A stretch of DNA of 64,000 nt, taken from positions 1,152,001 to 1,216,000 of the forward strand of contig CBDCWI010000001.1 of NCBI GenBank assembly GCA_965223325.1, in the 5' to 3' direction. The notes beneath the pieces were generated by a model, which saw only the letters and a list, made by a program, of their open reading frames with translations, did no database searches and was not told the DNA's origin. Numbering within the stretch: the stretch's first letter is position 1; the number at the start of each line of letters is the position of its first letter. The translations under genes and the position numbers were made by a program. Source of the stretch: Candidatus Multivoradales bacterium (lineage in GTDB: Bacteria > Acidobacteriota > Thermoanaerobaculia > Multivoradales > Multivoraceae). Positions 48,293 through 58,231 of the stretch are shown here, piece after piece.

Positions 48293-49132
48293 TCAGCCGG
48301 GCTTGACCCCTTCGATGTAGGCCATCGGTATGGTGAGGGCGAGGGCGCCGTTCCTGGCCGCGACGTTGTTGAGGCGCTCTTCGAGGTCGGCGAAGACGGC
48401 CTCACACTGGTCCTTGGGAACCAATGCCATCCACGATCCCAGGAAGCCGAGGCGAATCAGGCGATGGCGCAGCATTGCGGAGCCATCGGCGAAGCGCATG
48501 TCGAACGTAGCGCGCTTCGTTTCGCGGACTTCGAAACCGGCGGTCGCAACCAGCGACGCCACGAGCTCTGGCGTCATCCGATGTTGGATGTGCCGGTCGA
48601 GTGCCTTGCGATCGTACTCTGGACAGTTCGCCTCGAGCGCCTTCTGGAACTGTAGGTAGAACTCCCGCATGTGTCCCACGACGTTGGTCGCCAGTGCGAT
48701 CACCGCGCCCGGACTGGCGATCCGGTAGGCGTTTCTAAGCACCGCGATGGGATCGTCGAAGTTGTTGATTCCCAGGTTCGATACCACCAGGTCGACGCTC
48801 GCATCGGGCAAGGAAACAGTCGCGGCATCCTCAGAGAGCACCTCAATGTTTGTAAGCCCCAGGAACTCCACCTTCTTGCGCAGCCGGGCGGCGGCCGCCG
48901 GCCAGGGATCGACCGTTACGGCGTGGCACTCGGAGCCACAGCGCGCCACCAGCTCGAGGGCGAGGAATCCGGTCCCAGCGCCGATGTCGAGCACTCGCAT
49001 GCCGGTTTGCAGCGGGACGTGTTCGAGCAGGAACTGCCCGAAGGGAGCCGACCACAGCGGCAACTCATCAAAAAAGGCTGCGGTGTCTTCGTCTTCGACA
49101 TCGAAGCTGGTTGCGGTGAGGTATTCGGTCAT
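48293..49132 (-). CDS. Class I SAM-dependent methyltransferase
   Basis: VLDIGAGTG, SVDLVVSNLG; start taken as MTEYLTA. Confidence 0.85.
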   Translation of the reverse strand: MTEYLTATSFDVEDEDTAAFFDELPLWSAPFGQFLLEHVPLQTGMRVLDIGAGTGFLALELVARCGSECHAVTVDPWPAAAARLRKKVEFLGLTNIEVLSEDAATVSLPDASVDLVVSNLGINNFDDPIAVLRNAYRIASPGAVIALATNVVGHMREFYLQFQKALEANCPEYDRKALDRHIQHRMTPELVASLVATAGFEVRETKRATFDMRFADGSAMLRHRLIRLGFLGSWMALVPKDQCEAVFADLEERLNNVAARNGALALTIPMAYIEGVKPG

Positions 49133-49151
49133 CCGGAGGTCAGCCTGGCGA

Positions 49152-50351
49152 TCATCCGAGTTGGTGAGACAGGAAATCACCAATCACCCCAACTGCCTCC
49201 TCGAGGTGCGCCCGCCCATTGGGGCCAACGTAGTAGTGCGTGGCCCCCCGGACGAGGTGGAGCTGCTTCTGGTCGTGGCCGACTGCCTCGTAGAGGCGGG
49301 CGGTGTGGCTCGGTGTGCAGGCGTCGTCGGCGGTGTTGCCGACCACCAGGACGGGAACGGAGATCGCGGCGCCTGACCTAATGGCGCAACACCTGGCATC
49401 GTCATAGCTCCACTGACTGAGCCAGCTTCGCAGGCTCGAGAACCGGGCCAGCCCGACCGGACCGTCGTTGACTACCTTCGGGTCTCCCAGGTAGCAGGTC
49501 CCGGGAAGACGGTCGCTCGGCTCGATGGTTGGATCCAGCCATCGCGGGTCGGCCATGGTGCCGTGGACGGTAAAGGCGAACTCCCGGTGGGGGTCGACGG
49601 ACGCGCGAATGCCTGCCAGCTTGTCCTTCGCCCAGGCAGTGATCCGGCGATTGCGGGCAACTTGCGCGGCGGCGAAGCTCAGGAGGAAGTCCGCCGAGTA
49701 CGGCGGCTGGTTGGGGTTCTTCGGATCATAGAGATTGAGTGCGGGGTCCCGCTGGTCGGGGCGCGACTCGTCGTGAATGGAGGGGTCGATCCACTCGGTG
49801 AAGATCCGGTGGCGGCTTACGTGGGCGGCGAGCATCAACAGGGCGTCTGCTTTCGGCATGCGTGCCGGGTCGACCTCGTAGGGGTCTCCGGCGGCGGTGT
49901 CGGAGATGCCGGCGCCGGCCTCCGCCAGCGCCTGGTACCACATCGACAACGAACCACCGCCTGACCAGCCGGCCAGCACGATGCGGGAATAGCCCAATCG
50001 GTCACGGGCATCACAGATCGCCTCTCCGAGGTCGCAGGCGACCTTCTCCATGATGAGCGCGTAGTCGGCGCCACGGTAACGCGAGTTGGCCCACAGAACG
50101 TGATGGCCTGCCGCGGCAAGCCCCCTCACCATCGGCAGGTACATGCCGCCGCCGACCGGATGCATGAAGACGATCAGCGCGTCGCTGGGCTGGTCGATTG
50201 GGCGGACCAGGTGACAGTCGAGTCCGATCGTCGCCCCGCCACCGCCATAGACATCGCTATAGGTCGAGCTCTCCTTGAAGCCAACTACGTAGGCGATCCG
50301 CTCGCAGCCCCGGGGCGTCCCGGGTTGTTGCTTGGCCTCCGGCTTTGACAT
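49152..50351 (-). CDS. Alpha/beta hydrolase
   Basis: LAGWSGGGS nucleophile elbow, ADDAC, GATHYY. Confidence 0.85.
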   Translation of the reverse strand: MSKPEAKQQPGTPRGCERIAYVVGFKESSTYSDVYGGGGATIGLDCHLVRPIDQPSDALIVFMHPVGGGMYLPMVRGLAAAGHHVLWANSRYRGADYALIMEKVACDLGEAICDARDRLGYSRIVLAGWSGGGSLSMWYQALAEAGAGISDTAAGDPYEVDPARMPKADALLMLAAHVSRHRIFTEWIDPSIHDESRPDQRDPALNLYDPKNPNQPPYSADFLLSFAAAQVARNRRITAWAKDKLAGIRASVDPHREFAFTVHGTMADPRWLDPTIEPSDRLPGTCYLGDPKVVNDGPVGLARFSSLRSWLSQWSYDDARCCAIRSGAAISVPVLVVGNTADDACTPSHTARLYEAVGHDQKQLHLVRGATHYYVGPNGRAHLEEAVGVIGDFLSHQLG

Positions 50352-50366
50352 CTCAGCCTCGCCCGT

Positions 50367-51305
50367 TCAGTCGAATCGCAGAGGCGGCAGCTTGGCCTCG
50401 ATTTCGGCCCGTTGATCGGCCCATTGCTTGGGTAGCGCCAGCGTGCTACCGAGCGTCTCGAGCGGCTCGTCGACGGTCCATCCCGGGTCGAGGTTCGAGA
50501 ACTCGATGTTGATGCCACCAGGTTCTGTCATGTACATCGAGTGGAACCACTTGCGGTCGCGCAGATGAGTAAGGATGGCGCCGGTGCCGCTGAGGACGCG
50601 CCAGAGCACCTCCATTTGTTCTTTGGTTTCGACCGTGAAGGCAACGTGGTGGATACCACCGAGGCCCCAGTGGCCGAAAGGCAGGCCCTCGCCGTCAAGC
50701 AGGTCGAGAAAGCCGCTCGCGCCGCCGTCAGCAAAGGCCAGGCGAGTACGACCGTCTTCCTCGCCGACCACCGTGGCAGCGAGCGGGCCGGTGAAAAACG
50801 CCAGCGTCAACTCAGGAATGCGCGAGATCAGGGTCGTCGAATGAAAGCCGCGCACCTTGTTGGAGTCGTCGAGATCGCCCAGGGCAGGCGGGTTGCGCTG
50901 GTCGTCGCACTCGATCAACTCGGACGGGATCCCCGAAGGGTCCTGGTAGCCGAGCACTTCTTCACCAAAACGACGGCCGCGCCGGTCAGTGGGCAGGCCC
51001 CGCGCTTCGAGGCGCTCTTGCCAGAAATCGAGCGAGCCGCGCGGCACCGAGAACGCAACATCGCTGATCGTCCCGCGCCCGCGCTTCCACACCGGCAGCG
51101 GGGCGCCTTCGAAGAAGAAGTTGGTCATGATCGTGCCGGCATTGCCAGAGTAGTCACCGTAGAACAGATGCCACTGGTCGGCAGTCTCGTGATTGATGGT
51201 CTTCTTGACGCGGCGCAGGCCGAGCGTTCGGGTGTAGAAGTCGTGGTCCTTCTGGCCGTCGGTGGCGGCGCCGGTGATGTGGTGGAGGCCTTTGACCCAG
51301 GTCAT
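50367..51305 (-). CDS. Two-domain VOC ring-cleaving dioxygenase (MhqO/PcpA-like)
   Basis: GLHHITG, FYTRTLGLRRVKKTINHE, HLFYGD, GIHHVAF, DRKWFHSMYMTEPGGINIEF. Confidence 0.85.
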   Translation of the reverse strand: MTWVKGLHHITGAATDGQKDHDFYTRTLGLRRVKKTINHETADQWHLFYGDYSGNAGTIMTNFFFEGAPLPVWKRGRGTISDVAFSVPRGSLDFWQERLEARGLPTDRRGRRFGEEVLGYQDPSGIPSELIECDDQRNPPALGDLDDSNKVRGFHSTTLISRIPELTLAFFTGPLAATVVGEEDGRTRLAFADGGASGFLDLLDGEGLPFGHWGLGGIHHVAFTVETKEQMEVLWRVLSGTGAILTHLRDRKWFHSMYMTEPGGINIEFSNLDPGWTVDEPLETLGSTLALPKQWADQRAEIEAKLPPLRFD

Positions 51306-51502
51306 GTTCGAACTCTCTTCTGGTCGGTGCAAGACGGAGCCGCCCGGCGGGAGGCCCGGCGGTGGCGGCGTGCTGCGGTCACCCATGTTACGGCTACCGA
51401 GAACCTAGGACGAACGATCAGCGATGCACCAGGACGGCGACTTCATGCTCTGGCGGTTTCATGGCGGACGGTGTTGCGATGATTGGGTCCCGGTACCTTG
51501 GG

Positions 51503-52282
51503 TCAAGGGCACCTTGCGGTATGCCGGAAAAGTACCTTGTTGTCGCGTTCCAGTTCGGCGCCCCATATGAACTCGGCGTCGCTGCCGGAAAACTCAGACC
51601 TGGGCTCGAGGCACTGATCTCGAGTGAGGGCCGCGTCACACCCGAGACTCGAGCGATCGGCAGGCGACGTCATTCCGCAGCAGCCGTCTGAACTGCTCCA
51701 GCTCGGAGACCTGCCCCAGCCCGCCTGGCGGGCGCTGTAGCTTGTTGCGACGTTCCACTGGCGATCGTCGAACTCCGCCCTGGTCCACCCCGCCGGAATT
51801 CCACGATCCTCCACGGCGCAGGCAGCGAGGTTGGTCGGCGAGCACCCATTGGCGATGCTTGCGTCGGTAGGCCCAAAGGTGGCCACGTGGATCTTCCAAT
51901 CGCTCGAGGTCGCAGTCTTCGCACCGTCGTCGAACTGAGCGATCAGGGCTCCGTCGCCCAGCTGCGGGCGCTCTGTTTCGATGTACTCATAGCCCGAATC
52001 CGAGGCGAAGTCTTCACACTGGACGGCATAGGTGATGTCCGACGATCCGTCCCAGTCGAATTGGACACGCACGGCCTGGTGGGGTGTGAAAGGAACGGGG
52101 TCGCTGGCCACTTCCTTGCCGTTCACCCAGAGGGTGAACTTGTTGTCGCAGTAGACCGTACCGACCACCTTCTGCGGTTGGCCGTCGCACACCGCTTCGA
52201 GAGCGCTGGCGCTGTTGGGAGTCGTCGCCTCGCAAGCAGGTATTACCGAAAGGGCGGTCAACATCAGAACGGTTCTGTACAT
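51503..52282 (-). CDS. Cys-rich putative lipoprotein with lectin-like beta-sandwich
   Basis: Lipobox-like VIPAC; YCDNKFTLWVNG, TSSDWK, PAGWTRAEFDDRQW, AEFIWG. Confidence 0.6.
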   Translation of the reverse strand: MYRTVLMLTALSVIPACEATTPNSASALEAVCDGQPQKVVGTVYCDNKFTLWVNGKEVASDPVPFTPHQAVRVQFDWDGSSDITYAVQCEDFASDSGYEYIETERPQLGDGALIAQFDDGAKTATSSDWKIHVATFGPTDASIANGCSPTNLAACAVEDRGIPAGWTRAEFDDRQWNVATSYSARQAGWGRSPSWSSSDGCCGMTSPADRSSLGCDAALTRDQCLEPRSEFSGSDAEFIWGAELERDNKVLFRHTARCP

Positions 52283-52506
52283 ATCCAGGGACTTTTCGAG
52301 GGGTTCTCGAGACGCTCGAGAGGAGTAGCGTGTTTCCAGGGTCAAGACATCTCAGGATCGTAGCGTCGAGTGGACGCTCCTGTGTTTGGCTTCCGTAATT
52401 CGATGAGACCACCGGACCGACCTACCCCCTTGGGCGTCCTCTCTCCTTTCTACTGTGACCGGGGAACTTCCTTTCCGTCCTCGGTACACCCGTAAGAATC
52501 CGCGTT

Positions 52507-52534
52507 TATGATACTCTGTATCGTATGCGATACA
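52507..52534 (+). promoter_or_regulatory. TATGAT -10 box and inverted repeat TGTATCG-TATG-CGATACA over the start codon (probable autoregulatory operator)
   Basis: Perfect 7-bp arms at 52517-52523 and 52528-52534; additional GATAC half-site at 52510. Confidence 0.6.
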
Positions 52535-53052
52535 CGGAGATTCGCCAGACCTTGCGCGCTGCTCGTGTCGAAAAGGGAATGACGCAGAGGGAGCTGGCCG
52601 AGAGCAGCGGAACGAGTCGAGTCACGATCGCCCGCATCGAGGCTGGTTCCGCCGGCGATGTTCGCATGGGGACGATCACCTCTCTGTGCGACGCCCTGGG
52701 GCTCGAAATTGTGCTCGAGCCCGCTGGCGCCGGGCGGGCCCTCGCGACCCGTCTGGCACGTGAGCAGGAAAAGAACCGTCGTCTCGAGCTTCGCCGTCGG
52801 CACGCGTTACTGGGAGCGCGACTGCTTTGCGAGCCGGCGCCCTCAGCAGCCGCCCTCGTGTCGGAGGCACGGGCCGCCGTGGATCGCTGGGAACGCGAGA
52901 ACCTTTGTAGTGATCACTACGTGACACGTTGGCGCACAGCGCTCGCCGGCCCAGTCGAGAGTGTGGCGGCTGCCCTCTTCAGCCAAACCGAATGGAGTGA
53001 CGCGCTGTTTCAGAATTCACCCTGGGGCTTCGCCCTGGAGGCCGCTGGGTAG
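52525..53052 (+). CDS. XRE-family HTH protein with C-terminal helical domain (putative antitoxin)
   Basis: LRAARVEKGMTQRELAESSGTSRVTIARIEAG; C-terminal LFQNSPW. Confidence 0.85.
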   Translation: MRYTEIRQTLRAARVEKGMTQRELAESSGTSRVTIARIEAGSAGDVRMGTITSLCDALGLEIVLEPAGAGRALATRLAREQEKNRRLELRRRHALLGARLLCEPAPSAAALVSEARAAVDRWERENLCSDHYVTRWRTALAGPVESVAAALFSQTEWSDALFQNSPWGFALEAAG

Positions 53053-53591
53053 TGAGGCGTGAGGATCTCCGCCGCCTCTTCAAGAGGGCGCGCGACCTAT
53101 GTGGTGAAACGGACTACGTCGTCGTCGGCAGCCTTTCGATCCTCGGCTACGCCGGCTCAGTGCCGCCGCGCATGGCGGCATCGATTGATGTCCGCGCCTA
53201 CTGCCGTCATGAGCCGGAGCGGATCTTCGACCTCGCCTCGGAGCTCGGTCAGGGCAGCCCGTTCGAGTCCGAGTACGGCTACTACCTCGATCCAATCTCC
53301 CCGCGCCTGCCAACCCTCCCCGAAGGCTGGTCAGATCGCCTCACACGAATCGAGCTTGCGCCCGACCTCGCTCTGTGGTTCCTCGAACCGAACGACGCGG
53401 CGGTCTCAAAGTACGCCCGCCTGGAGCCACGCGACCGCGAGTGGATCCGTCCCGGCCTGACAGCCGGCGTTCTCTCGGTCGCGATTCTCGAACAGCGCTT
53501 CCGGAAGACGACCTTCCTCGACCTCGAGGAGTCGTCACGCGCCCGCAAAGCCTTCGACGAAGACTGCCGATGGCTCGAAGCGGACGGTTGA
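53052..53591 (+). CDS. DUF6036-like nucleotidyltransferase-fold protein (putative toxin)
   Basis: YVVVGSLSILG...SIDV, GQGSPFESEYGYY, LPEGWSDRL, DAAVSKY..RDREW; 1-nt overlap with the HTH gene. Confidence 0.7.
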   Translation: MRREDLRRLFKRARDLCGETDYVVVGSLSILGYAGSVPPRMAASIDVRAYCRHEPERIFDLASELGQGSPFESEYGYYLDPISPRLPTLPEGWSDRLTRIELAPDLALWFLEPNDAAVSKYARLEPRDREWIRPGLTAGVLSVAILEQRFRKTTFLDLEESSRARKAFDEDCRWLEADG

Positions 53592-53605
53592 ACTGGCCGG
53601 AACCG

Positions 53606-55768
53606 CTACCCAACCTTGATCGGGATCGAGCTCGTCGCCTCTTTGCCGTTGGTTACGTTCTTTACCGTGACCACCAGGAGGTATTCACCGGGCTTTGCTT
53701 TTCCCGGCTTGAAGGTGGCAGAGAGCTGTGAGCGACCATCGCTGCCCTGGGCGCCATCGGCGAGGGCTACTTCGGCGGTGCCGCCGGCTTCACCTTCGTC
53801 GGTGAAGAGTTGCGCATCAACATTCAACGAACCGGCTCCCAGGCCGTAGGCGACGAGGCTTATCGGAGTGTCGCCCTTGGCGACGGGGGGTACTGCCGAC
53901 GGAATGAAGGGCTGGCCGTCGCGGAGGAAGGGGAACTCGACGCCCTGGCGCTGATCCTTCTCTTCCTCCCGCAAGAGGACCCAACGATCCGGTGCTTCGG
54001 GAAAGAAGGCGGGAAGCAGGATGGGCCCGGCCGAGGGGCCGGGGGCTGTGACCTCGGTGGTGGCCAGACCGTGACGACCGGTGGCGTCGTTGCGCACCAG
54101 AACGCGGACAGAGTATTTGCCCGGCTCGAGGTCGAAGTGGCCCCAGTACTTGAGGCCGGTCTTCTCGAAGGTCGGGCCGGCACCGTTCTTGTCGATTCCG
54201 ATCTTGCGCACGAAGAAATCGCGCACTGTTCCATCACTGTCGAGCGCGTAGGCGTAGATCTCAACCGGTAACTCCGACCCTTCGAGCCCTTCGGCGAGGG
54301 TCGACCCGCCGATCTCAACCAGCACGGGCACATAACTGTCTTCACTGGGAACGTCGAAGCCACCGGCAAGCACCGCAACGTCGACGGGACCACCGGCGAC
54401 ACCACCAACGATCTGCTCAGCCGAGCCGAGCACGCGCTCGAAGCGGTTGGTGTTGGCATAGCCTCTGGGCGGGTAGTAGCCAGGGCGATGCACCACGTCG
54501 GTGCCGCGGCCGCCACCGTTCTTGAGGCGCACCCGGATCTTGTGGTACTTCTCGTCGTTCGCTTTGAGAGTCGGCTGGAAGGCGAGCAGGTAGGTGACGC
54601 TGGTTTTGTCGAGAACCGACTCCATGGCGGTACCGAGATTGGTGAAGTTCGAGTACATCTCACCGCCGGTGTCCTTGGCCATCATGAACAGCGAGTCGCG
54701 CTTCGATTCGGCTTCGCCGCGCACGAGCCCGGCGACATCGACTGCCTGAATCGTGCAGTTGGCGCGATTGAACTCCTCGAGCATGCGGGTCATCGCACCC
54801 TGTGCTGCTGTATCGCCGTAGATCGCCTCGTTGTCGACTTTCCATGTCTGGCCGTCGGCGGCGTTCTGGGCGTTCTCCAGAAGAGTCGCCTGGTCTTCCG
54901 AGGTCAGACCGCGGTTGCCCACCAGGACAGACGAATCGAAACCCTCCGACATGAAGACCACGTACTTGTTGCCTTGGATACCAGCCATCATGCGCGCGAA
55001 GCCGGTCATCGAACTGGTGAGCGCACCCACCTTGCTGGCCATCTCCTGGCGTGCCTCACGCGAGCGCATGGTGGAGAGATCGCGCCGGGTCTCAGCAGCA
55101 ATCGCGTCGGCGTCGACCTGGCCGCCAGTGCCGCCGTCATCGCCGAGAATCAGGTCGCCTGAGATGTCGCTGCGCACATCGCCAATGACGAGGCCGAGCG
55201 GATCGCGCACCGACTCAGATTGCGTCTGGTTGGCAACGCCCAGGGTCTGGATGGCGTGCCGGATCTGGTTGCGATCTGAAGTGAAACCGAGCACCAGGTT
55301 GGGTTGGTTGTTGTAGGTCGCAACCGCCACCAGGTCGGTGGGGTGAAGCGAGTTCAAGACGAGGTCGGCCGCTTCTTTGCGGGCACGCCCGATCGAGTCG
55401 GGCTCTGAGAAGTAGAGGTCGAAAAGCACCAGGAAGTGCCGGCGGGCGGCGACCGGGACCGGCTCGGTCACGTCGCCGGTTTCGGTGCTCAGATCGACGA
55501 CGTCGAAGCCAACGATCGGTTGCTCCTTGCGCCCGTCGAGAATCTCGAAGTCATCCTGGGTGAGACCGCGAACTGGTTCACCGTTCCGGATGACCTGAAC
55601 GGGCACTTCGACGACGGTGACGTTGGTGGTGTCCGAAAAGCGATCGCGGCCGCGCTGGGCATCGGCTGGTGTCGCTGCGAGCAACACTGCCGAGAAAAGT
55701 CCGAGCGCTACCGCAGCGCGCGGCAGGGATGAGAGGTTCTTCTTCGTGGACTTCGTCGTGGACGACAT
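53606..55768 (-). CDS. Acidobacterial-type VWA domain protein
   Basis: AGGAG RBS, signal peptide; VEVPVQVIRNGEPVRGLTQDDF, GNKYVVFMSEGF, MAKDTGG, TYLLAFQP, YHKIRVR, HRPGY. Confidence 0.88.
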   Translation of the reverse strand: MSSTTKSTKKNLSSLPRAAVALGLFSAVLLAATPADAQRGRDRFSDTTNVTVVEVPVQVIRNGEPVRGLTQDDFEILDGRKEQPIVGFDVVDLSTETGDVTEPVPVAARRHFLVLFDLYFSEPDSIGRARKEAADLVLNSLHPTDLVAVATYNNQPNLVLGFTSDRNQIRHAIQTLGVANQTQSESVRDPLGLVIGDVRSDISGDLILGDDGGTGGQVDADAIAAETRRDLSTMRSREARQEMASKVGALTSSMTGFARMMAGIQGNKYVVFMSEGFDSSVLVGNRGLTSEDQATLLENAQNAADGQTWKVDNEAIYGDTAAQGAMTRMLEEFNRANCTIQAVDVAGLVRGEAESKRDSLFMMAKDTGGEMYSNFTNLGTAMESVLDKTSVTYLLAFQPTLKANDEKYHKIRVRLKNGGGRGTDVVHRPGYYPPRGYANTNRFERVLGSAEQIVGGVAGGPVDVAVLAGGFDVPSEDSYVPVLVEIGGSTLAEGLEGSELPVEIYAYALDSDGTVRDFFVRKIGIDKNGAGPTFEKTGLKYWGHFDLEPGKYSVRVLVRNDATGRHGLATTEVTAPGPSAGPILLPAFFPEAPDRWVLLREEEKDQRQGVEFPFLRDGQPFIPSAVPPVAKGDTPISLVAYGLGAGSLNVDAQLFTDEGEAGGTAEVALADGAQGSDGRSQLSATFKPGKAKPGEYLLVVTVKNVTNGKEATSSIPIKVG

Positions 55769-55837
55769 GACTTCTCCTGGTCGTAGGGCGCGTCCACGTC
55801 CGCCCCGATCAGTCCTCCCTGGCGGGAGAGCGAGGCC

Positions 55838-58030
55838 TCAGGGGTCGACGCGCAACGGAATCGAGTTCGTGTGCCGAGTCTTCGTGGCGGGGTCAGTAAC
55901 CGCCACCTCCAGTGTGTAGTGACCCGTCGCAAGGCTATCTGACTCGAGGGTCGCATAGAGCTTGTCGAGGCCATCGATCCCTGTGACGGTTCGCTCCCGG
56001 AAATCTAGGGGATTCTCCGAAACCACCGTCCCGTCCTCGGCGAGAACCCTTGATTCGAGGTCGATCTGACCCTTTCCGAGGTTGTAGGCCACCAGGCAGA
56101 GCTCAGACATCGATTCGCTACCGATCCCGGGATAGGCGGCCGGAATGTACGGCTCGCCATTGACGGTAAAGGGATAGACCGTGGTGCTCTGGTAGGCGTC
56201 GTCCTGTTCGCGAACGAGAAACCAGGAGCCCGTGTCTTCGAGAAAGAACGGTGGCAGAAGCTGCGGTTCGCCGAGCTCGTACAGAGGCACGGTCATCTCT
56301 TTGGTGCGTACCGTGGTCGCCCCGGTCACCGCGTTGCGCACCAGCACGCGCAGCAGATAGTCGCCGGGCGTCAGGTCGACGTGACCGTAGTACTTGAGAC
56401 CCGTCTCAGCAAACATCGAGCGGCGATTGCCCTCGGAAAGGTCGAAGCTCACCATCTGTGTGAAGAAGTCACGCATCTCGCCCTTGTCGTTGGTGACGTA
56501 GGTGTAGAGCTCGACAGGGAGCAAGTCGTTCTCGAGACCCGCCAGGAGACCTTCTCCGCCCACCTCGATGATGACCGGCACGTAGGCCTGCTCTTCATTG
56601 GCTCTAAACGGCGCCGCTAAGACGTCGACATCGAGATCTTCCTTGCCGGCGGCCGAGGCGATCAGGTCGGAGGCCAACAGGCTTTTCTCCATCGGGTGGA
56701 GTTCATCGAACGGGCGCGGCACGAAGTAACCCATTCGATGCGAAACCTGGGAACCACGCGGCGCGTTGACCTTGACTTTGAGGCGGCGATGGTCGCCGGC
56801 ATCGCCGAGTTCGGTGGGCTTGAAGCTCAACAGGTACGTCACCGTCGATGAGTCGAGCACCTCGGCGAGTTCCTCGCCGAAGTCGTTGGCGTCTTCGTAG
56901 AGCCGGCCGCCGGTCTCGTTGGCGATGTAGAACAGAGCGTCTCTGCCCACGCGGCGAGCCCGATCTTCGCTGGGCAGATCGGCACGCAGACCCGAGATGT
57001 CGACCGCCTGAATCGTGCAGTTCGCTTTCCGGAACTCATCGAGCATCAACGCCACCTGCACCTGCAGCTGGGTATTGCCGTAGCGGTCGTCGGTGTCGAC
57101 CATGAAGTACTGCCCGTCCTCGACGGCGCGCAGTTCGTCCTGCATTTCCTCGTCGAAGAAATCCGGTTGACGCCCGAGCAGCAGGCGCCCATCGAAACCC
57201 TCACTGAACAGCACGACGTGCTTGCGGCCTTCCACCGAGTCGAGCAACCGTGCCATCTCCTTCATCGAGTGGCTCCACGAGGTGATCTGGCCGCGCGCGT
57301 AGCTCTTCTCCATCTTGGCCATTTGCTTGCCGATGACCTGCAGGTAGGCGCTGACGCTGTTTTCGAGCGATGCAACTCCGTCTGAGACACCGCCAACATC
57401 GCGCGCCGACTGTGTTTGGCCGCTGTCGGGAGAGTCGATCATGAATCGCAGCGGATCGCGCGTTGCCAGTTTGAGCAGGCGAGGGTTGCCCATGGTGGTG
57501 ATAGCCCGCGCCAGCTGGGTGCGGTCAGGGGTAAACGTCACCAGCAGCTGGGTCCCGCCCTCGACGGTATGGACGGCCACGGCGGCGAGATCGGCCGGGT
57601 GCATGTTCTCGAGCACGAACTCCTGGGCCGCCTGGCGAGCGCGTGCCAGCGATGTCGGCGGAGAGAACGACAGGTCAAAGAGCAGCAGAAAGTGGCGGCG
57701 AGCCGCAGGCGGGACGTCGTACTCGATGTCCATGACCCGGTCGGGCGAAGGCTCGATCGTCGCCAGATCGACAACCCTGAAGTTGGTGAGCTCTTGGACC
57801 TTCCCTTCATCGAGCACCTGGAAGTCTTCTGCAGTCAGCCCGCGAACCGGCTCACCGTTGCGCGCATAGACATTGACCGGCACCTGCACTTCGATGACTC
57901 GCGCCTGATCATCGAAGGTGTCGAGTGCCGGGCGAGGAGCGGCTTCCTCCTGCGCTACCAACGCGCCGCCTCCACACAGCGCAAAGACTCCGGCGAACAA
58001 CAACTGGCGGAAGGCGGGTGGACGTCTCAT
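55838..58030 (-). CDS. Acidobacterial-type VWA domain protein, paralogue of 53606-55768
   Basis: VQVPVNVYARNGEPVRGLTAEDF, AARRHFLLLFDL, GRKHVVLFSEGF, IANETGG, TGLKYYGH shared with the neighbour. Confidence 0.88.
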   Translation of the reverse strand: MRRPPAFRQLLFAGVFALCGGGALVAQEEAAPRPALDTFDDQARVIEVQVPVNVYARNGEPVRGLTAEDFQVLDEGKVQELTNFRVVDLATIEPSPDRVMDIEYDVPPAARRHFLLLFDLSFSPPTSLARARQAAQEFVLENMHPADLAAVAVHTVEGGTQLLVTFTPDRTQLARAITTMGNPRLLKLATRDPLRFMIDSPDSGQTQSARDVGGVSDGVASLENSVSAYLQVIGKQMAKMEKSYARGQITSWSHSMKEMARLLDSVEGRKHVVLFSEGFDGRLLLGRQPDFFDEEMQDELRAVEDGQYFMVDTDDRYGNTQLQVQVALMLDEFRKANCTIQAVDISGLRADLPSEDRARRVGRDALFYIANETGGRLYEDANDFGEELAEVLDSSTVTYLLSFKPTELGDAGDHRRLKVKVNAPRGSQVSHRMGYFVPRPFDELHPMEKSLLASDLIASAAGKEDLDVDVLAAPFRANEEQAYVPVIIEVGGEGLLAGLENDLLPVELYTYVTNDKGEMRDFFTQMVSFDLSEGNRRSMFAETGLKYYGHVDLTPGDYLLRVLVRNAVTGATTVRTKEMTVPLYELGEPQLLPPFFLEDTGSWFLVREQDDAYQSTTVYPFTVNGEPYIPAAYPGIGSESMSELCLVAYNLGKGQIDLESRVLAEDGTVVSENPLDFRERTVTGIDGLDKLYATLESDSLATGHYTLEVAVTDPATKTRHTNSIPLRVDP

Positions 58031-58231
58031 CTTGGTTTCCTTCCGGGGCTGGTCGTGCTCAAGCCAGGCGCCGCCCGGGGCGCATCGCGAGCGTCAGGGA
58101 GCTGGTGTGGAACGTCATGAGGGGCATCCATTCTAGCATTCTGAGACACGTATCCATCAGCGCCTGGGACGAGTTCTCACTCATAGCTACGGCTTGCTAC
58201 GGCGCAAAAGCGCATGCAGTTCGCCGTTCCT

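Noticed and set aside
48293-49132. Arsenite methyltransferase arsM
   Set aside because: General class I motifs only; I cannot identify the ArsM cysteine set and there are no ars genes nearby.
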